From: a virus
Taxonomy: Duplodnaviria; Caudoviricetes
Length of the DNA: 61,459 bases
Direction: 5' to 3' (one strand)
IMG/VR virus record: IMGVR_UViG_3300012352_000420
Coordinates: 1-61,459 of that record
The translations under genes were made by a program, and so were the position numbers. This document shows positions 10,763 to 20,334 of this stretch, one piece after another. A model generated the notes under the pieces. That model was not told the origin of the DNA, searched no databases, and saw only the letters and a list, made by a program, of their open reading frames with translations. Numbering within the stretch: position 1 is the stretch's first letter; each line of letters starts with the position of its first letter.

Positions 10763-12352
10763 ATGGCAACACCAGACGATCTAAAAGATACATCAGCACC
10801 AGATAAAACAGATAATAACTTCTATCTTGTGACTGTTGACGATTTAACTCCATCTGAAACATATAAGTTTCAGTTTGCTTGGATTTATCCAGATAAAAGA
10901 GCAATTGGAGAAGATGACTGGTCAATTACTAAAACCGTTACTGCATCTACTGAAGCTCAGCCAAATCCGCCACAATTCTTAGAAACCGATTTAACTTCAG
11001 ATACAGAGAAGATATTTGTTCAATGGAATGGTGTAGACAGTGCTGGTAATCCATATAAGGGCATTGATCGTGTTGAAGTTTTTATATCAGATGCAAGTGA
11101 CACTTTTGGAGATGGAACAACTCCAGTAACATTTTTTAAAGTAGCTGGAAAGAAATCAATTACAGCGCCAGCTGGAGACTATACGGTTTATTTAAAGGCA
11201 GTAACGCTTGCTGGAACATATTCTGAGTCTTCTGATGAACAAACAGTTACCGTTGATGCCCAAGGTGGAGAAACAATTGAAAGCCCTACTCTTCCAACTG
11301 GACTTACTGCAGAATCAATTGCATTCGGACTTAAAGTAAACTGGGGCGGACAGTATTCTGGAGGTAGCAGCTTTACTGGATTTAAGTCAATTAATATATA
11401 CGCAGTAAATTCTAATCTAGGTTCAACAACAACAAGTGGCATAACATCTTCAAATCAGGTAGCTACACTAGCAGTTAACGATACTCCAAATGCATCAAAC
11501 ATCCCACTTGGAACTTATGTTGGATACAGTCAAGATACATACCTATATTACATATCTGTAAATGCATTAGATGTAGGGTATCAGTCTGGCGGAGTAACAA
11601 CATATACTAGAATAAATAGCTCAGCCTTAAGACCTAGTAAAGCAAACTTTATTGATTTAGCAAGCGGTGTTATATCTATTGAAAACCTTGTTGCTGGAAA
11701 TGGGCAATTCCAGTCATGGCTTCGTGCGGGTGCTTGGGATGGAGCTAGAGTTGAAATAAGTGGACTCACAAACTCTATTACAGATCCAAACCATTCTGGA
11801 ACAACTATTTATCCAGGTATAGCTATATGGGATTCTTCTGGGTCTACTAGATCATTTTATTCAGACTCATCTGGAAATGTTACTATTACTGGAACAATTA
11901 ATGCAACAGATGGTTATATTGGATCATCAACTCAGGGATGGAATATTACAGAGTATGGCCTTCTAGCTAATGGAAGCTTTTCAATAATTGATTTGGGTGA
12001 TGTTGGTATAATAGATGTCGGATCTGGATTTATAGAACTAGGCAGCTATACCATGACAGGTGCTGGCGGAAGCTTTAATATATATGAAACTGTTGATGTT
12101 TCAGGAACTCCAACTCCTATTGATATAGTAAATACAGATTATACTGGCAGGGTGATATTAGGATCAGAGTCTTCAAGTGGAAGACAAGTAGAGGTTGGAA
12201 GATCTGCACAGGTTGCTGGAAGCGCAAACTCAAACTCTGGCGGTCTTAGAAATATGTACACTATTGCAGAAGGAAACTATACATCAACTGTATATCTTTC
12301 AGACAAGACAACAAATGGTGATGTCTTATTAGTTTATGACACAACATCTTAG
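10763..12352 (+). CDS. Tail fibre / host-recognition protein with FN3-like domains
   Basis: LTPSETYKFQF and PTGLTAESIAFGLKVNW are FN3-like. GNVTITGTINATDGYIG..GWNI is a fibre motif. Confidence 0.65.
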   Translation: MATPDDLKDTSAPDKTDNNFYLVTVDDLTPSETYKFQFAWIYPDKRAIGEDDWSITKTVTASTEAQPNPPQFLETDLTSDTEKIFVQWNGVDSAGNPYKGIDRVEVFISDASDTFGDGTTPVTFFKVAGKKSITAPAGDYTVYLKAVTLAGTYSESSDEQTVTVDAQGGETIESPTLPTGLTAESIAFGLKVNWGGQYSGGSSFTGFKSINIYAVNSNLGSTTTSGITSSNQVATLAVNDTPNASNIPLGTYVGYSQDTYLYYISVNALDVGYQSGGVTTYTRINSSALRPSKANFIDLASGVISIENLVAGNGQFQSWLRAGAWDGARVEISGLTNSITDPNHSGTTIYPGIAIWDSSGSTRSFYSDSSGNVTITGTINATDGYIGSSTQGWNITEYGLLANGSFSIIDLGDVGIIDVGSGFIELGSYTMTGAGGSFNIYETVDVSGTPTPIDIVNTDYTGRVILGSESSSGRQVEVGRSAQVAGSANSNSGGLRNMYTIAEGNYTSTVYLSDKTTNGDVLLVYDTTS

Positions 12353-12360
12353 GCTAGCAA

Positions 12361-14619
12361 ATGACAGTAAAACTAAAGGTAGATGGATCTTGGAAAAATG
12401 TAACCTCTATAAAGCTAAAGGTTTCTGGTGCATGGAAAAATGTATCGCAAGCAAAGCTAAAGGTGTCTGGAGTATGGAAAACTATATTTTTGTCTGGATT
12501 GGTTTCTGAGCCAGACAGCACTGTAACCATATCTCAATCTACAAATTCAACTACCAAGCTTGTTACATTAACGGGAACAAATAAGCATTGGAATCCTACG
12601 CCATCATCATTAACATATAGGTTTGAATGGTATGACGGCACAGCTTGGAGAATACTTCCTGGCGGTACTACAATATTAAATCCATCTACAGGAAGCACAA
12701 ATACTGTAACCACTTTAATAGATGCACAACAAGATGGAGATACTTATGTCACTAACAGTGAAATTAAGGCTAATGCAGAAAATATCTATAGATTTGTTGT
12801 AACCTCTATATATAATGGAAATAGTAATGCATCAACATCTTCTACCACATCAATTCAAACTCCTAGAAACATATCCGATCTTTCTGCAAGTACTAATACA
12901 TCTAACCCTACAGCAGCGATAGATCTGGCGTGGTCCGCATCTTTATATGCAAATAACTACAAGGTTTATAGAAAAGATTCTGGGGATTATACGCTTGTGG
13001 CTACCACATCATCTACCTCGTATACAATGTCTGGATTAACTCAAAACACATCTTATACGTTTAAAGTTATTCCTATCACTGGAAACTCTTCTTATGCTGG
13101 ATATGTTGGAAACAGTTCTAATGAGGCATCAAAAACTACTCAAGCAGCATTAAAACCAGGACTACCATCGGTATCATCAGTAACTGCAACATATAATACA
13201 ATATCATTTAATACTGTAACCTTCGGAGCTAATACAGAATCAGTGCTATTAGAATGGAGTACTAATACAAGTTTTTCATCTGGAGGAGCTTCAGCTATTT
13301 CTGTTAGCGGAAACTCATATACATCATATGCTGGCTCAGTTGCCGCTGAAACACTGTACTACTGGAGAATAAAAGGGTATAACTCATCATATGGATTTGG
13401 AGATCCAGTTAGTGGAAGCCTTACAACCCCTGCTGCAGCAGTTGCTCCAAGTATTTCTCCAACCATTACTCCAACAACTGGATATCTAGGAGATACTGTA
13501 TTTACATGTAGTCCGAATTTATCTTCTGGGACAGAGCCAGTAACCTATGAATACAATTGGCAGTACTTTGACACTGGTGGATATACAGCAACTGGATACA
13601 CAAATAGTACATATACTCCGCCATATCCATTTACAGATTCAACTTGGCTGTATAGTATTAGGTGTCTTGTAAGAGCAACTAATATTGCTGGAAATTCTGG
13701 TTGGGTTGCCAGTAATTCTGCAAGCTTATACGAACCTATTCCAGGAACTCCAACATCATTAACTGCATCAACTGATAAAACAGATAAGATTGAACTTACA
13801 TTTAGTGGATCAGCTAGGTCTACCTCATACGATTTATTTTGGAATATAACCGCAAGCGGAACTCCTACCTCTGGGGCAACCCCAGATTTTCCTGGAGTTT
13901 CTTCTCCATATTCATGGACAACTGCTCCCATAGACACTAATAGATGGTTTTGGGTACGTGGTAAAAATTCTTATGGTGTGTCAAGCTGGTACCCATCTGG
14001 AGACGGAGTACTTGGTAAAAGAATTGCAGCAGTCACTCCACCAGACTTTACTCCAGCGCCACCAGACTTCACTCCAACGCCTGACTTTACTCCAACGCCT
14101 GACTTTACTCCAACGCCACCTGACTTTACGCCAGTACCACCTTACTTCAAGGGTGGAAAGGGACCTGGCTGTATCTACGCATATACGAGAATTCTTACAG
14201 CTGACGGATATGTAGAAGCGAAGTCAATTTCTGTCGGAGATAAGCTTATGACTCTAAGTCCTTATGGTCTGCCAGGAAGCACAATCCTTAATTCAAGCAC
14301 AGATATTACATTTGACTTGGTAGACGTAAAGGTTCTTAGCGTTGAAAAGAGCATAAAAGATGTTGTTGGATTTAATAATGCTTCGGCTCTTTACTCCAAT
14401 GCACAGCCTATAATGATAGAAATTGATGGAAAGTTTGCATATGTGCCAGCTGGAGACATTTCAATAGGCGACTTAATAATTGATGTAAATGCTGAAACTG
14501 GAACGATCTCCAGCACTGCTGTCGAATCAATCCAGACTCAAAGCTCAGCAGAAGTATATGACATCAGGACCACACCATACCAGTGGTACATTGTAGAAAA
14601 TAGTATGGTTATAACATAA
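12361..14619 (+). CDS. Virion-associated FN3-repeat protein with Pro-rich linker and C-terminal Hint domain
   Basis: Three N-terminal KLKVxGxWK repeats; several FN3 domains (SGLTQNTSYTFKV, YYWRIKGYNS, WFWVRGKNSYG); PDFTP repeats; Hint from Cys at 14170 (CIYAYTRILTADG...ISVGD...VYDI...YIV). Confidence 0.75.
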   Translation: MTVKLKVDGSWKNVTSIKLKVSGAWKNVSQAKLKVSGVWKTIFLSGLVSEPDSTVTISQSTNSTTKLVTLTGTNKHWNPTPSSLTYRFEWYDGTAWRILPGGTTILNPSTGSTNTVTTLIDAQQDGDTYVTNSEIKANAENIYRFVVTSIYNGNSNASTSSTTSIQTPRNISDLSASTNTSNPTAAIDLAWSASLYANNYKVYRKDSGDYTLVATTSSTSYTMSGLTQNTSYTFKVIPITGNSSYAGYVGNSSNEASKTTQAALKPGLPSVSSVTATYNTISFNTVTFGANTESVLLEWSTNTSFSSGGASAISVSGNSYTSYAGSVAAETLYYWRIKGYNSSYGFGDPVSGSLTTPAAAVAPSISPTITPTTGYLGDTVFTCSPNLSSGTEPVTYEYNWQYFDTGGYTATGYTNSTYTPPYPFTDSTWLYSIRCLVRATNIAGNSGWVASNSASLYEPIPGTPTSLTASTDKTDKIELTFSGSARSTSYDLFWNITASGTPTSGATPDFPGVSSPYSWTTAPIDTNRWFWVRGKNSYGVSSWYPSGDGVLGKRIAAVTPPDFTPAPPDFTPTPDFTPTPDFTPTPPDFTPVPPYFKGGKGPGCIYAYTRILTADGYVEAKSISVGDKLMTLSPYGLPGSTILNSSTDITFDLVDVKVLSVEKSIKDVVGFNNASALYSNAQPIMIEIDGKFAYVPAGDISIGDLIIDVNAETGTISSTAVESIQTQSSAEVYDIRTTPYQWYIVENSMVIT
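14038..14140 (+). repeat. Tandem 18-21 nt repeats encoding five PDFTP units
   Basis: CCWGACTTYACKCCA recurs five times. Confidence 0.9.
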
Positions 14620-14652
14620 TATACGTCATCTATTGTATGTTATTGACCTACA

Positions 14653-14673
14653 TGATATAATATGAAAGGAGGA
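14653..14673 (+). promoter_or_regulatory. Extended -10 promoter (TGATATAAT) and SD
   Basis: TATAAT at 14656-14661; AAGGAGG before ATG 14679. Confidence 0.55.
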
Positions 14674-14678
14674 TTAAA

Positions 14679-14888
14679 ATGTTAACAAATGAAGAAAAGA
14701 TTAATATCGTAACTCAGCATTTAAAAAATACTTATACTAATGAGTATAACTTAGACGTAAGTCTAATTGAGGCAAATGCTAAGTCTACTCCAGATCAGGC
14801 AAACATTGACTCAATCAATGCACAGCTTACTGATTTAGCTGCTCAAAGAACAGCCCTTGAAGCAGAGCTAGCAAGCTTACAGGCATAA
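14679..14888 (+). CDS. Small coiled-coil protein (tail fibre-associated)
   Basis: Strong SD; heptad pattern. Confidence 0.7.
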   Translation: MLTNEEKINIVTQHLKNTYTNEYNLDVSLIEANAKSTPDQANIDSINAQLTDLAAQRTALEAELASLQA

Positions 14889-14896
14889 GGATAATA

Positions 14897-15070
14897 ATGG
14901 AAAAAGCGGAATTAATTATTACCGCATTGCAACAGCGCATTGGTGAGCTAGTATCTAACTATGAAACTCAAAATGCAATTTTACGTGCAGAAATAACACA
15001 ACTACTTAATGAAAAGAGTGAGCATGAGAAAGCTATTCAAGACTATTCAGCCAGCCTTAATAATCTCTAG
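14897..15070 (+). CDS. Small coiled-coil protein, 57 aa (not in ORF track)
   Basis: AAGGA SD; MEKAELIITALQQRIGELVSNYETQNAILRAEITQLL...; fills the gap. Confidence 0.7.
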   Translation: MEKAELIITALQQRIGELVSNYETQNAILRAEITQLLNEKSEHEKAIQDYSASLNNL

Positions 15071-15434
15071 TCCAACTAATTTCCCTTCTGGGATAGCTGT
15101 AAAAACAGATAAGGCTACCTACTGGATTAAAGATGGCAAGAGATATAAGCTTGTGTCTGATCGTGCTGCGTCAAGCTGGCTTTTTACTACAGTAAATGCA
15201 ACAGAAAATGCGCTGTCCAAAATCAAGCTAGTCGGTAAGTTAGGGTTTAGAGACGGCACCTTGATTAAAGACATTTCAGATGGTAGAATATATCTAATAT
15301 CTCAAAATAAAAGACGGCATATTGTAAGCCCAGATGTATTTGATATGTTTGGTCTAGACAGATCTTCTATTATTGAGGTAAGCAATACAGAGGCATTAAT
15401 GCATGAACAAGGAGAAGACTTATGGCAACAATAG
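15024..15434 (+). CDS. Hypothetical protein with two internal repeats (YWIKDGKR / YLISQNKRRHI)
   Basis: ORF track (start uncertain, 15009 or 15024); duplicated beta motif. Confidence 0.65.
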   Translation: MRKLFKTIQPALIISSPTNFPSGIAVKTDKATYWIKDGKRYKLVSDRAASSWLFTTVNATENALSKIKLVGKLGFRDGTLIKDISDGRIYLISQNKRRHIVSPDVFDMFGLDRSSIIEVSNTEALMHEQGEDLWQQ

Positions 15435-15829
15435 ATAGATTCTACGATGGTGAGCCAGTTGACATTACTAAGTTAAATCAGATTGTTGATGCAATTATTG
15501 ATATTAATAAAAAGAGCCCGAACCTATCAAGCAGCACAGTACTACTTACTCCAGAAGTTTGGTCTGGACAAGGCAAGATTACTACTGGCGCAAAAGCTGG
15601 GGCAATAACAGAGGCAACTATTAACTATGCTGATGCTAATTTTAGCGCCATTCCAGCAGTAACTGTTACACCAATTATTAATACTGGAGCTAGCGGTAAC
15701 TCTTTGACTATGTTTGTAAAAAGCGTTACAAAAAGCCAGGCAGTCGTGGCCATACATGCATCTGGAAAGCTTTTGAGCAAAGACATTAACTTTAGCTACA
15801 TAGCAGTATCAATGAAGTCAAATAAATAG
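15422..15829 (+). CDS. Small fibre-like protein, H-type-lectin-like C-terminus
   Basis: FSAIPAVTVT...VKSVTKS...FSYIAV pattern seen in phage tail proteins. Confidence 0.55.
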   Translation: MATIDRFYDGEPVDITKLNQIVDAIIDINKKSPNLSSSTVLLTPEVWSGQGKITTGAKAGAITEATINYADANFSAIPAVTVTPIINTGASGNSLTMFVKSVTKSQAVVAIHASGKLLSKDINFSYIAVSMKSNK

Positions 15830-15831
15830 TA

Positions 15832-15860
15832 TTGACACTAATACTTTAAGCTGATACAAT
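15832..15860 (+). promoter_or_regulatory. Sigma70/HrdB-type promoter of the replication operon
   Basis: TTGACA-17-TACAAT with extended TG. Confidence 0.75.
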
Positions 15861-15871
15861 TACCCATTATT

Positions 15872-15897
15872 AAAAGTCACGGTCTCGTGACTTTTTT
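15872..15897 (+). terminator. Intrinsic terminator-like hairpin
   Basis: AAAAGTCACG-GTCT-CGTGACTTTT followed by TT. Confidence 0.65.
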
Positions 15898-15913
15898 AAC
15901 TATTAGGAGAACA

Positions 15914-16717
15914 ATGTCAAACGATTTAAAGTGGATGCTATCATCTGATCAGCAGTTCCCATATCAAGACGATAAGATGATTGCTCTGTGGTTTAAGGTC
16001 ATGAAATGGTTTAAGCCAGATGTGGTGGACTACCTTGGAGATACAGATGATCAGGCATGCTACAGCAAATACACAGAAGGTAGATCTGCTGAGTTTATGC
16101 AACTGCATAAGGACGATAGTCGTGATCTTATTGTTCCAATGATGCGCCATGAAGCAAAGGGTGCAAGAGATTTTTATACAAAGACCAGAGAAATGCTACC
16201 AGACGCACAGTTATTTTCTGCATTAGGGAATCACGATATTAGAGTATTTGATTACATTGATAAGAAGTTGCCCGACTATGCAAAAGAAGTAACTCCAGAA
16301 GCTCTGTGGGGCTTGGACTCATTGGGATACGACTATATTTATTATGACAGTCTACCAAAACAGCGATTCGGAGACATCCATGTACACCACGGACTCTCAA
16401 TTGCAGCAGGCGGAGCAGTTAGAAAAGACATGGAAGACATGCAAGTTTCTTTAATTAGAGGACATTCACATAGAATTGCTTCGCATATGGTAACATATGA
16501 GTTGAGAAATAACGGTGCTGGTGAAACTCTCCGTGGATACGAGATTGGTCACATGTGTGATGAAAAAGGTCCTGGAATGAAGTATACTCAGCACCACGAT
16601 TGGCAAAAGGGTTTTGCCATAGCACATATTGAAAATGGAGAATACCCACATGTACAGATGATCCATGTGTCTCCAAACTATACATGTGTAGTTGATGGAA
16701 AGTTGTTTAGTTTATGA
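15914..16717 (+). CDS. Calcineurin-like metallophosphoesterase
   Basis: SDQQ, GDTDD, GNHD, HHG and GHSH motifs; SD AGGAGA before ATG 15914. Confidence 0.85.
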   Translation: MSNDLKWMLSSDQQFPYQDDKMIALWFKVMKWFKPDVVDYLGDTDDQACYSKYTEGRSAEFMQLHKDDSRDLIVPMMRHEAKGARDFYTKTREMLPDAQLFSALGNHDIRVFDYIDKKLPDYAKEVTPEALWGLDSLGYDYIYYDSLPKQRFGDIHVHHGLSIAAGGAVRKDMEDMQVSLIRGHSHRIASHMVTYELRNNGAGETLRGYEIGHMCDEKGPGMKYTQHHDWQKGFAIAHIENGEYPHVQMIHVSPNYTCVVDGKLFSL

Positions 16718-16902
16718 TGACATGTGGTAAGTGCTCTGGAAGAGTATTTGTAGATAGAGTTTTTTCTCAAAAGCTACATATTGAATTATACTGCATAATG
16801 TGTGGCAAGAGAGTTATGATTAACAGAGAGACGAGTGCATTCGGAAGATGGCTAGATCAAAAAGAAGAAAAGTACAAAAAAAGTTTCTCTATTTCTTTTT
16901 AA
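16714..16902 (+). CDS. Small zinc-ribbon protein
   Basis: CGKC...CIMC. Confidence 0.7.
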   Translation: MMTCGKCSGRVFVDRVFSQKLHIELYCIMCGKRVMINRETSAFGRWLDQKEEKYKKSFSISF

Positions 16903-17330
16903 ATGATAAGGTACACAAAGTACTAAGTCGTTCAAGAGCAAAAGATGAACTCATCGCTTGGTGTTACCCTGATGGTAAAAGAGTGCTTTACTCATTATCT
17001 TTAGTTGAAAAGAGCATGAAGAATGCATATTCAACAGCAGAGGTGGCAAAGATTTTAAATCGGCATAAGGTTACAATTGAAGATTATATTATTGAGGGTA
17101 AAATTAGAACCCCTCAGATTGTATATCCAATAGGTAATCCAGAAAGCAAATGGTATAAATTTATGTTTAGCGAAAGCGACGTGATGGATGTCCATCAATT
17201 TATATTAGATGCTGGGTACACAAATACCTTGCCATCAAAAGCTGAGCTACAGGCTATTCTCAAACACAATTTAATATTGTATACTAAGACAGAAGAAGGA
17301 AACTTTGTACCAGTATGGAAGGCGGAATGA
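16848..17330 (+). CDS. HTH DNA-binding protein (MerR/excisionase-like)
   Basis: YSTAEVAKILNRHKVTIEDYI. Confidence 0.7.
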   Translation: MARSKRRKVQKKFLYFFLNDKVHKVLSRSRAKDELIAWCYPDGKRVLYSLSLVEKSMKNAYSTAEVAKILNRHKVTIEDYIIEGKIRTPQIVYPIGNPESKWYKFMFSESDVMDVHQFILDAGYTNTLPSKAELQAILKHNLILYTKTEEGNFVPVWKAE

Positions 17331-17539
17331 TGTCAGATCAAACAAGAGTTAAGGTAGACCTATCGTTTACACGCAACTTGGGCAACTATGAAAGTATTAA
17401 GATCGGAATTGGCGTAGAAGATATTGTTCGTCAAGGAGAGAATGTTGATACTGCAACAGAGCGTGTCTACGAATTTGTTGAAGCTAAGCTAATTGAAAAG
17501 ACTCGTGAAGTAGAAGAAGAGCTAAAGCGTGGCAAGTAA
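17327..17539 (+). CDS. Hypothetical phage protein
   Basis: TRNLGNYESIKI motif; coupled to neighbours. Confidence 0.7.
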   Translation: MMSDQTRVKVDLSFTRNLGNYESIKIGIGVEDIVRQGENVDTATERVYEFVEAKLIEKTREVEEELKRGK

Positions 17540-17846
17540 GAATCAAGAACCTTACGTGTTATTATGGCAATTTGAAAAGTGCTATGAGGAGCGTTACGGC
17601 AGAAAGCCTGTCATGAATAAATTCAGGGACAAGATGGCTATGAATGACGTTATAGATACTGTAGGATTTGATCGTGCACAAGCATTAATCAACTACTACT
17701 TTAGCTTAAACAGAGATAGCCATAAGTTATCGTTCTTCCTGTTTAACTTTGATAAGATGAATGTTGCAGAAAAAGAGCATGCTAAAGATAGGCAGAACAT
17801 AAAGCGTTTAATGGAAGAAACTAAGAGAATGGTAGAAGAAGAGTGA
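17529..17846 (+). CDS. Hypothetical protein (possible helicase loader/replication accessory)
   Basis: Directly upstream of and overlapping the helicase gene. Confidence 0.6.
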   Translation: MASKNQEPYVLLWQFEKCYEERYGRKPVMNKFRDKMAMNDVIDTVGFDRAQALINYYFSLNRDSHKLSFFLFNFDKMNVAEKEHAKDRQNIKRLMEETKRMVEEE

Positions 17847-19078
17847 ACACGGAAGCAGAAGTAATCTCGGCGGTATGTAAGAATAAAGACATAAGTACAC
17901 TTCTTGCTGATAACGTAGATGAGCTATTTACATCCCATAAAGATATCTGGGATGGGCTTAAGTCATACTACTATAAGTTCAAGGCAGTTCCAGAGCCAGG
18001 GATCTTAATTGAAAAGTTTAAAGACTTTGAGATTGTAAAGACAGATGCTGCAACTGGATACTATTTAGATAAACTTAAGAATGAGTACCTGTCTAATAAG
18101 CTAAAAACAATTCTTCTACAAAGCGGTTCTGCTCTTAAAGAAGATGCAGCTGGTAGAGTTCTTGCTGATATGCAAAGCAAGCTGGCATCGCTTAGCAAGT
18201 TTACCAACAATGTGCGAGACCTAGATATTACAGACATCGAAGCAGCAGAAAGACACTTTGCCTCTGTTAAGGAAAGATCTGCCGTTATGGGTGGAGCACC
18301 AGGAATTCTAACTGGCTTTGATGCAATTGATAAGGCATATCCAACTGGAATGGCTCCAGGACACCTTATTGTCGCTATTGGTTGGCCAGGACGTGGTAAG
18401 ACATGGTTTACTTCTTATCTGGCTTGTAAGGCTTGGGAGCAGGGCTTTAAGCCAATGATCATCTCGCTTGAGATGTCTCCAGAGAATATGCGTGACCGTA
18501 TCTATACAATGCTTGGCTCTGGACTCTTCAAAGCATCAGACTTTTCTAAGGGTGATGTAAACATTGATGACTTCCGCTCATGGTCTACAAAAAAGTTTGA
18601 GGGCAAGAACAGCTTTGTACTAATCTCTAATGAGGGAACAGCAGAAGTAACTCCAGCAACAGTACAAGGCAAGATTGATCAGCATAAGCCAGATCTAGTT
18701 ATCCTTGACTACCACCAGTTGTTTAACGATAATAAGCGAAGCAACTCAGAAGTTGAACGAAATAGAAATATTTCACGTGAGTTTAAGTTGTTGGCAGTAG
18801 CAAACAATATTCCTATTATTGATATTACTGCAGCTACAGCAGACGATGTTTCAGATCAGGATAATCCACCAATGATGAGTCAGGTGGCATGGTCTAAGGC
18901 AATTGAATATGATGCTGATATGGCTATGGCTATTCATAGGTATCCAGACACAAACCTTATCGAGGTTGTATCTAGAAAGAACCGTCATGGTAGCAACTAT
19001 GCATTCTACTTAGACTGGGATATCAATAGGGGTATTATCAAGGAATTATATGATTACAATCCCAATACGCAAAATTAA
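17843..19078 (+). CDS. dnaB: DnaB-like replicative helicase
   Basis: Walker A GWPGRGKT, SLEM, ILDY, IEYDAD, KNRHG. Confidence 0.92.
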   Translation: MNTEAEVISAVCKNKDISTLLADNVDELFTSHKDIWDGLKSYYYKFKAVPEPGILIEKFKDFEIVKTDAATGYYLDKLKNEYLSNKLKTILLQSGSALKEDAAGRVLADMQSKLASLSKFTNNVRDLDITDIEAAERHFASVKERSAVMGGAPGILTGFDAIDKAYPTGMAPGHLIVAIGWPGRGKTWFTSYLACKAWEQGFKPMIISLEMSPENMRDRIYTMLGSGLFKASDFSKGDVNIDDFRSWSTKKFEGKNSFVLISNEGTAEVTPATVQGKIDQHKPDLVILDYHQLFNDNKRSNSEVERNRNISREFKLLAVANNIPIIDITAATADDVSDQDNPPMMSQVAWSKAIEYDADMAMAIHRYPDTNLIEVVSRKNRHGSNYAFYLDWDINRGIIKELYDYNPNTQN

Positions 19079-19361
19079 AGAGTTCACACTTACTGGGGTT
19101 TTGACAGACAGCACCTTAGAGTCAACTAAGGAAAATGTTTACAGAACACTGTTAACTTCTATGAGAGATAGCGGTTACGTAAGGCTACTAGACCTTGATC
19201 CGACTTGGATAGTAGAGTATAATTCTTTTGCAGACAAATGGGTATTCACAATGGTTATTCATGGAGTACATTTAGGAGGGGACACATGGCAATACGAGGG
19301 TATAACACAAAGCAAATTGATACCACGCATTATACGCCAGGACACATCAAGTCAATCCTGA
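19050..19361 (+). CDS. Hypothetical protein
   Basis: MRDSGYVRLLDLDP motif; bridges helicase and primase. Confidence 0.65.
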   Translation: MITIPIRKIKEFTLTGVLTDSTLESTKENVYRTLLTSMRDSGYVRLLDLDPTWIVEYNSFADKWVFTMVIHGVHLGGDTWQYEGITQSKLIPRIIRQDTSSQS

Positions 19362-20281
19362 AAGAGCTTGGCCTAGAAGTTGTTGGTGAAACTAACAATG
19401 ACTTCCTTTGCTACTGCCCATTCCATTCAAATCGCCATACGTCTAGCTTTAGCGTTAGTCGTGAGAAGGGTGCATTCATATGCTTTAATCCTGCATGCGG
19501 TGAGGCTGGCACATTAAATGAACTAGTTCGCAGAGTTTTGAATAAGAATGATTACGAAGCCATTAGGTTTATTGCAAGTAAAGAAGCTGAGTCGCTTAAT
19601 AACTTTGATGAGCTTCTTAATGAAGCAATGGAAGAAAGACCCACATTTGAAGAGTTCTCTCAAGAAACCTTAGATAGACTTCATGCTGATCTATACGGAA
19701 GCGGTAAGGCAAAAGACTACCTGCTTTCAAGAGGCATTAATGAAGAGTCTATGGAATACTTCTGGCTAGGGTACTCTAACTCTATGAATATGGTTGTAAC
19801 TCCAGTACATAGTCCAGATGCAACTCCAATTGGAATTGTAGGTAGGTCTATTGAAGGAAAGTCATTTAAGAATAGCACAAACCTTCCAAAGAGCAAAACA
19901 TTATTTAATGTGCATAATGCAAAAAGATTTGCAAATGTTATAGTTGTCGAATCCAACTTTGATGCAATTAGAATTCATCAGGCTGGATTTCCAAATGTAG
20001 TTGCAACTCTTGGTGGATTTTTATCTACAGAGCAGCAAAGCATACTTAATAGGTACTTTGACAGAATAACAATAATGACTGATGCGGATCAGGCTGGAAG
20101 ACAATTAGGATTCTCTATTGCTAGCAAGCTACGCAATAAAGATATCTTGTGGGCATCTTACGAATATGATAAGATTTACCCACACGATGCAAAAGATGCA
20201 GGGGATTTAACTGATGAAGAAATAAAATCCTGTATAAAGAATGCAGTTTCCAATATCGAATATCGATCTTGGAACCCATGA
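19286..20281 (+). CDS. dnaG: DNA primase (CHC2 zinc finger + TOPRIM)
   Basis: CPFH...CFNPAC, VESNFDA, DADQAG, KDAGD; SD AGGAGG before ATG 19286. Confidence 0.9.
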   Translation: MAIRGYNTKQIDTTHYTPGHIKSILKELGLEVVGETNNDFLCYCPFHSNRHTSSFSVSREKGAFICFNPACGEAGTLNELVRRVLNKNDYEAIRFIASKEAESLNNFDELLNEAMEERPTFEEFSQETLDRLHADLYGSGKAKDYLLSRGINEESMEYFWLGYSNSMNMVVTPVHSPDATPIGIVGRSIEGKSFKNSTNLPKSKTLFNVHNAKRFANVIVVESNFDAIRIHQAGFPNVVATLGGFLSTEQQSILNRYFDRITIMTDADQAGRQLGFSIASKLRNKDILWASYEYDKIYPHDAKDAGDLTDEEIKSCIKNAVSNIEYRSWNP

Positions 20282-20287
20282 TATAAT
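20279..20287 (+). promoter_or_regulatory. Extended -10 promoter for SSB gene
   Basis: TGATATAAT; SD AAGGAG before 20335. Confidence 0.5.
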
Positions 20288-20334
20288 AATGATACAGACG
20301 AATTTATATCGTCAATTATAAAGGAGAAATACAA

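Noticed and set aside
1579-14215. Alternative-frame and antisense ORFs in the tail module (e.g. 2570-3142, 7328-7723, 13545-13937)
   Set aside because: Nested in long genes with no recognisable motifs; shadow ORFs.
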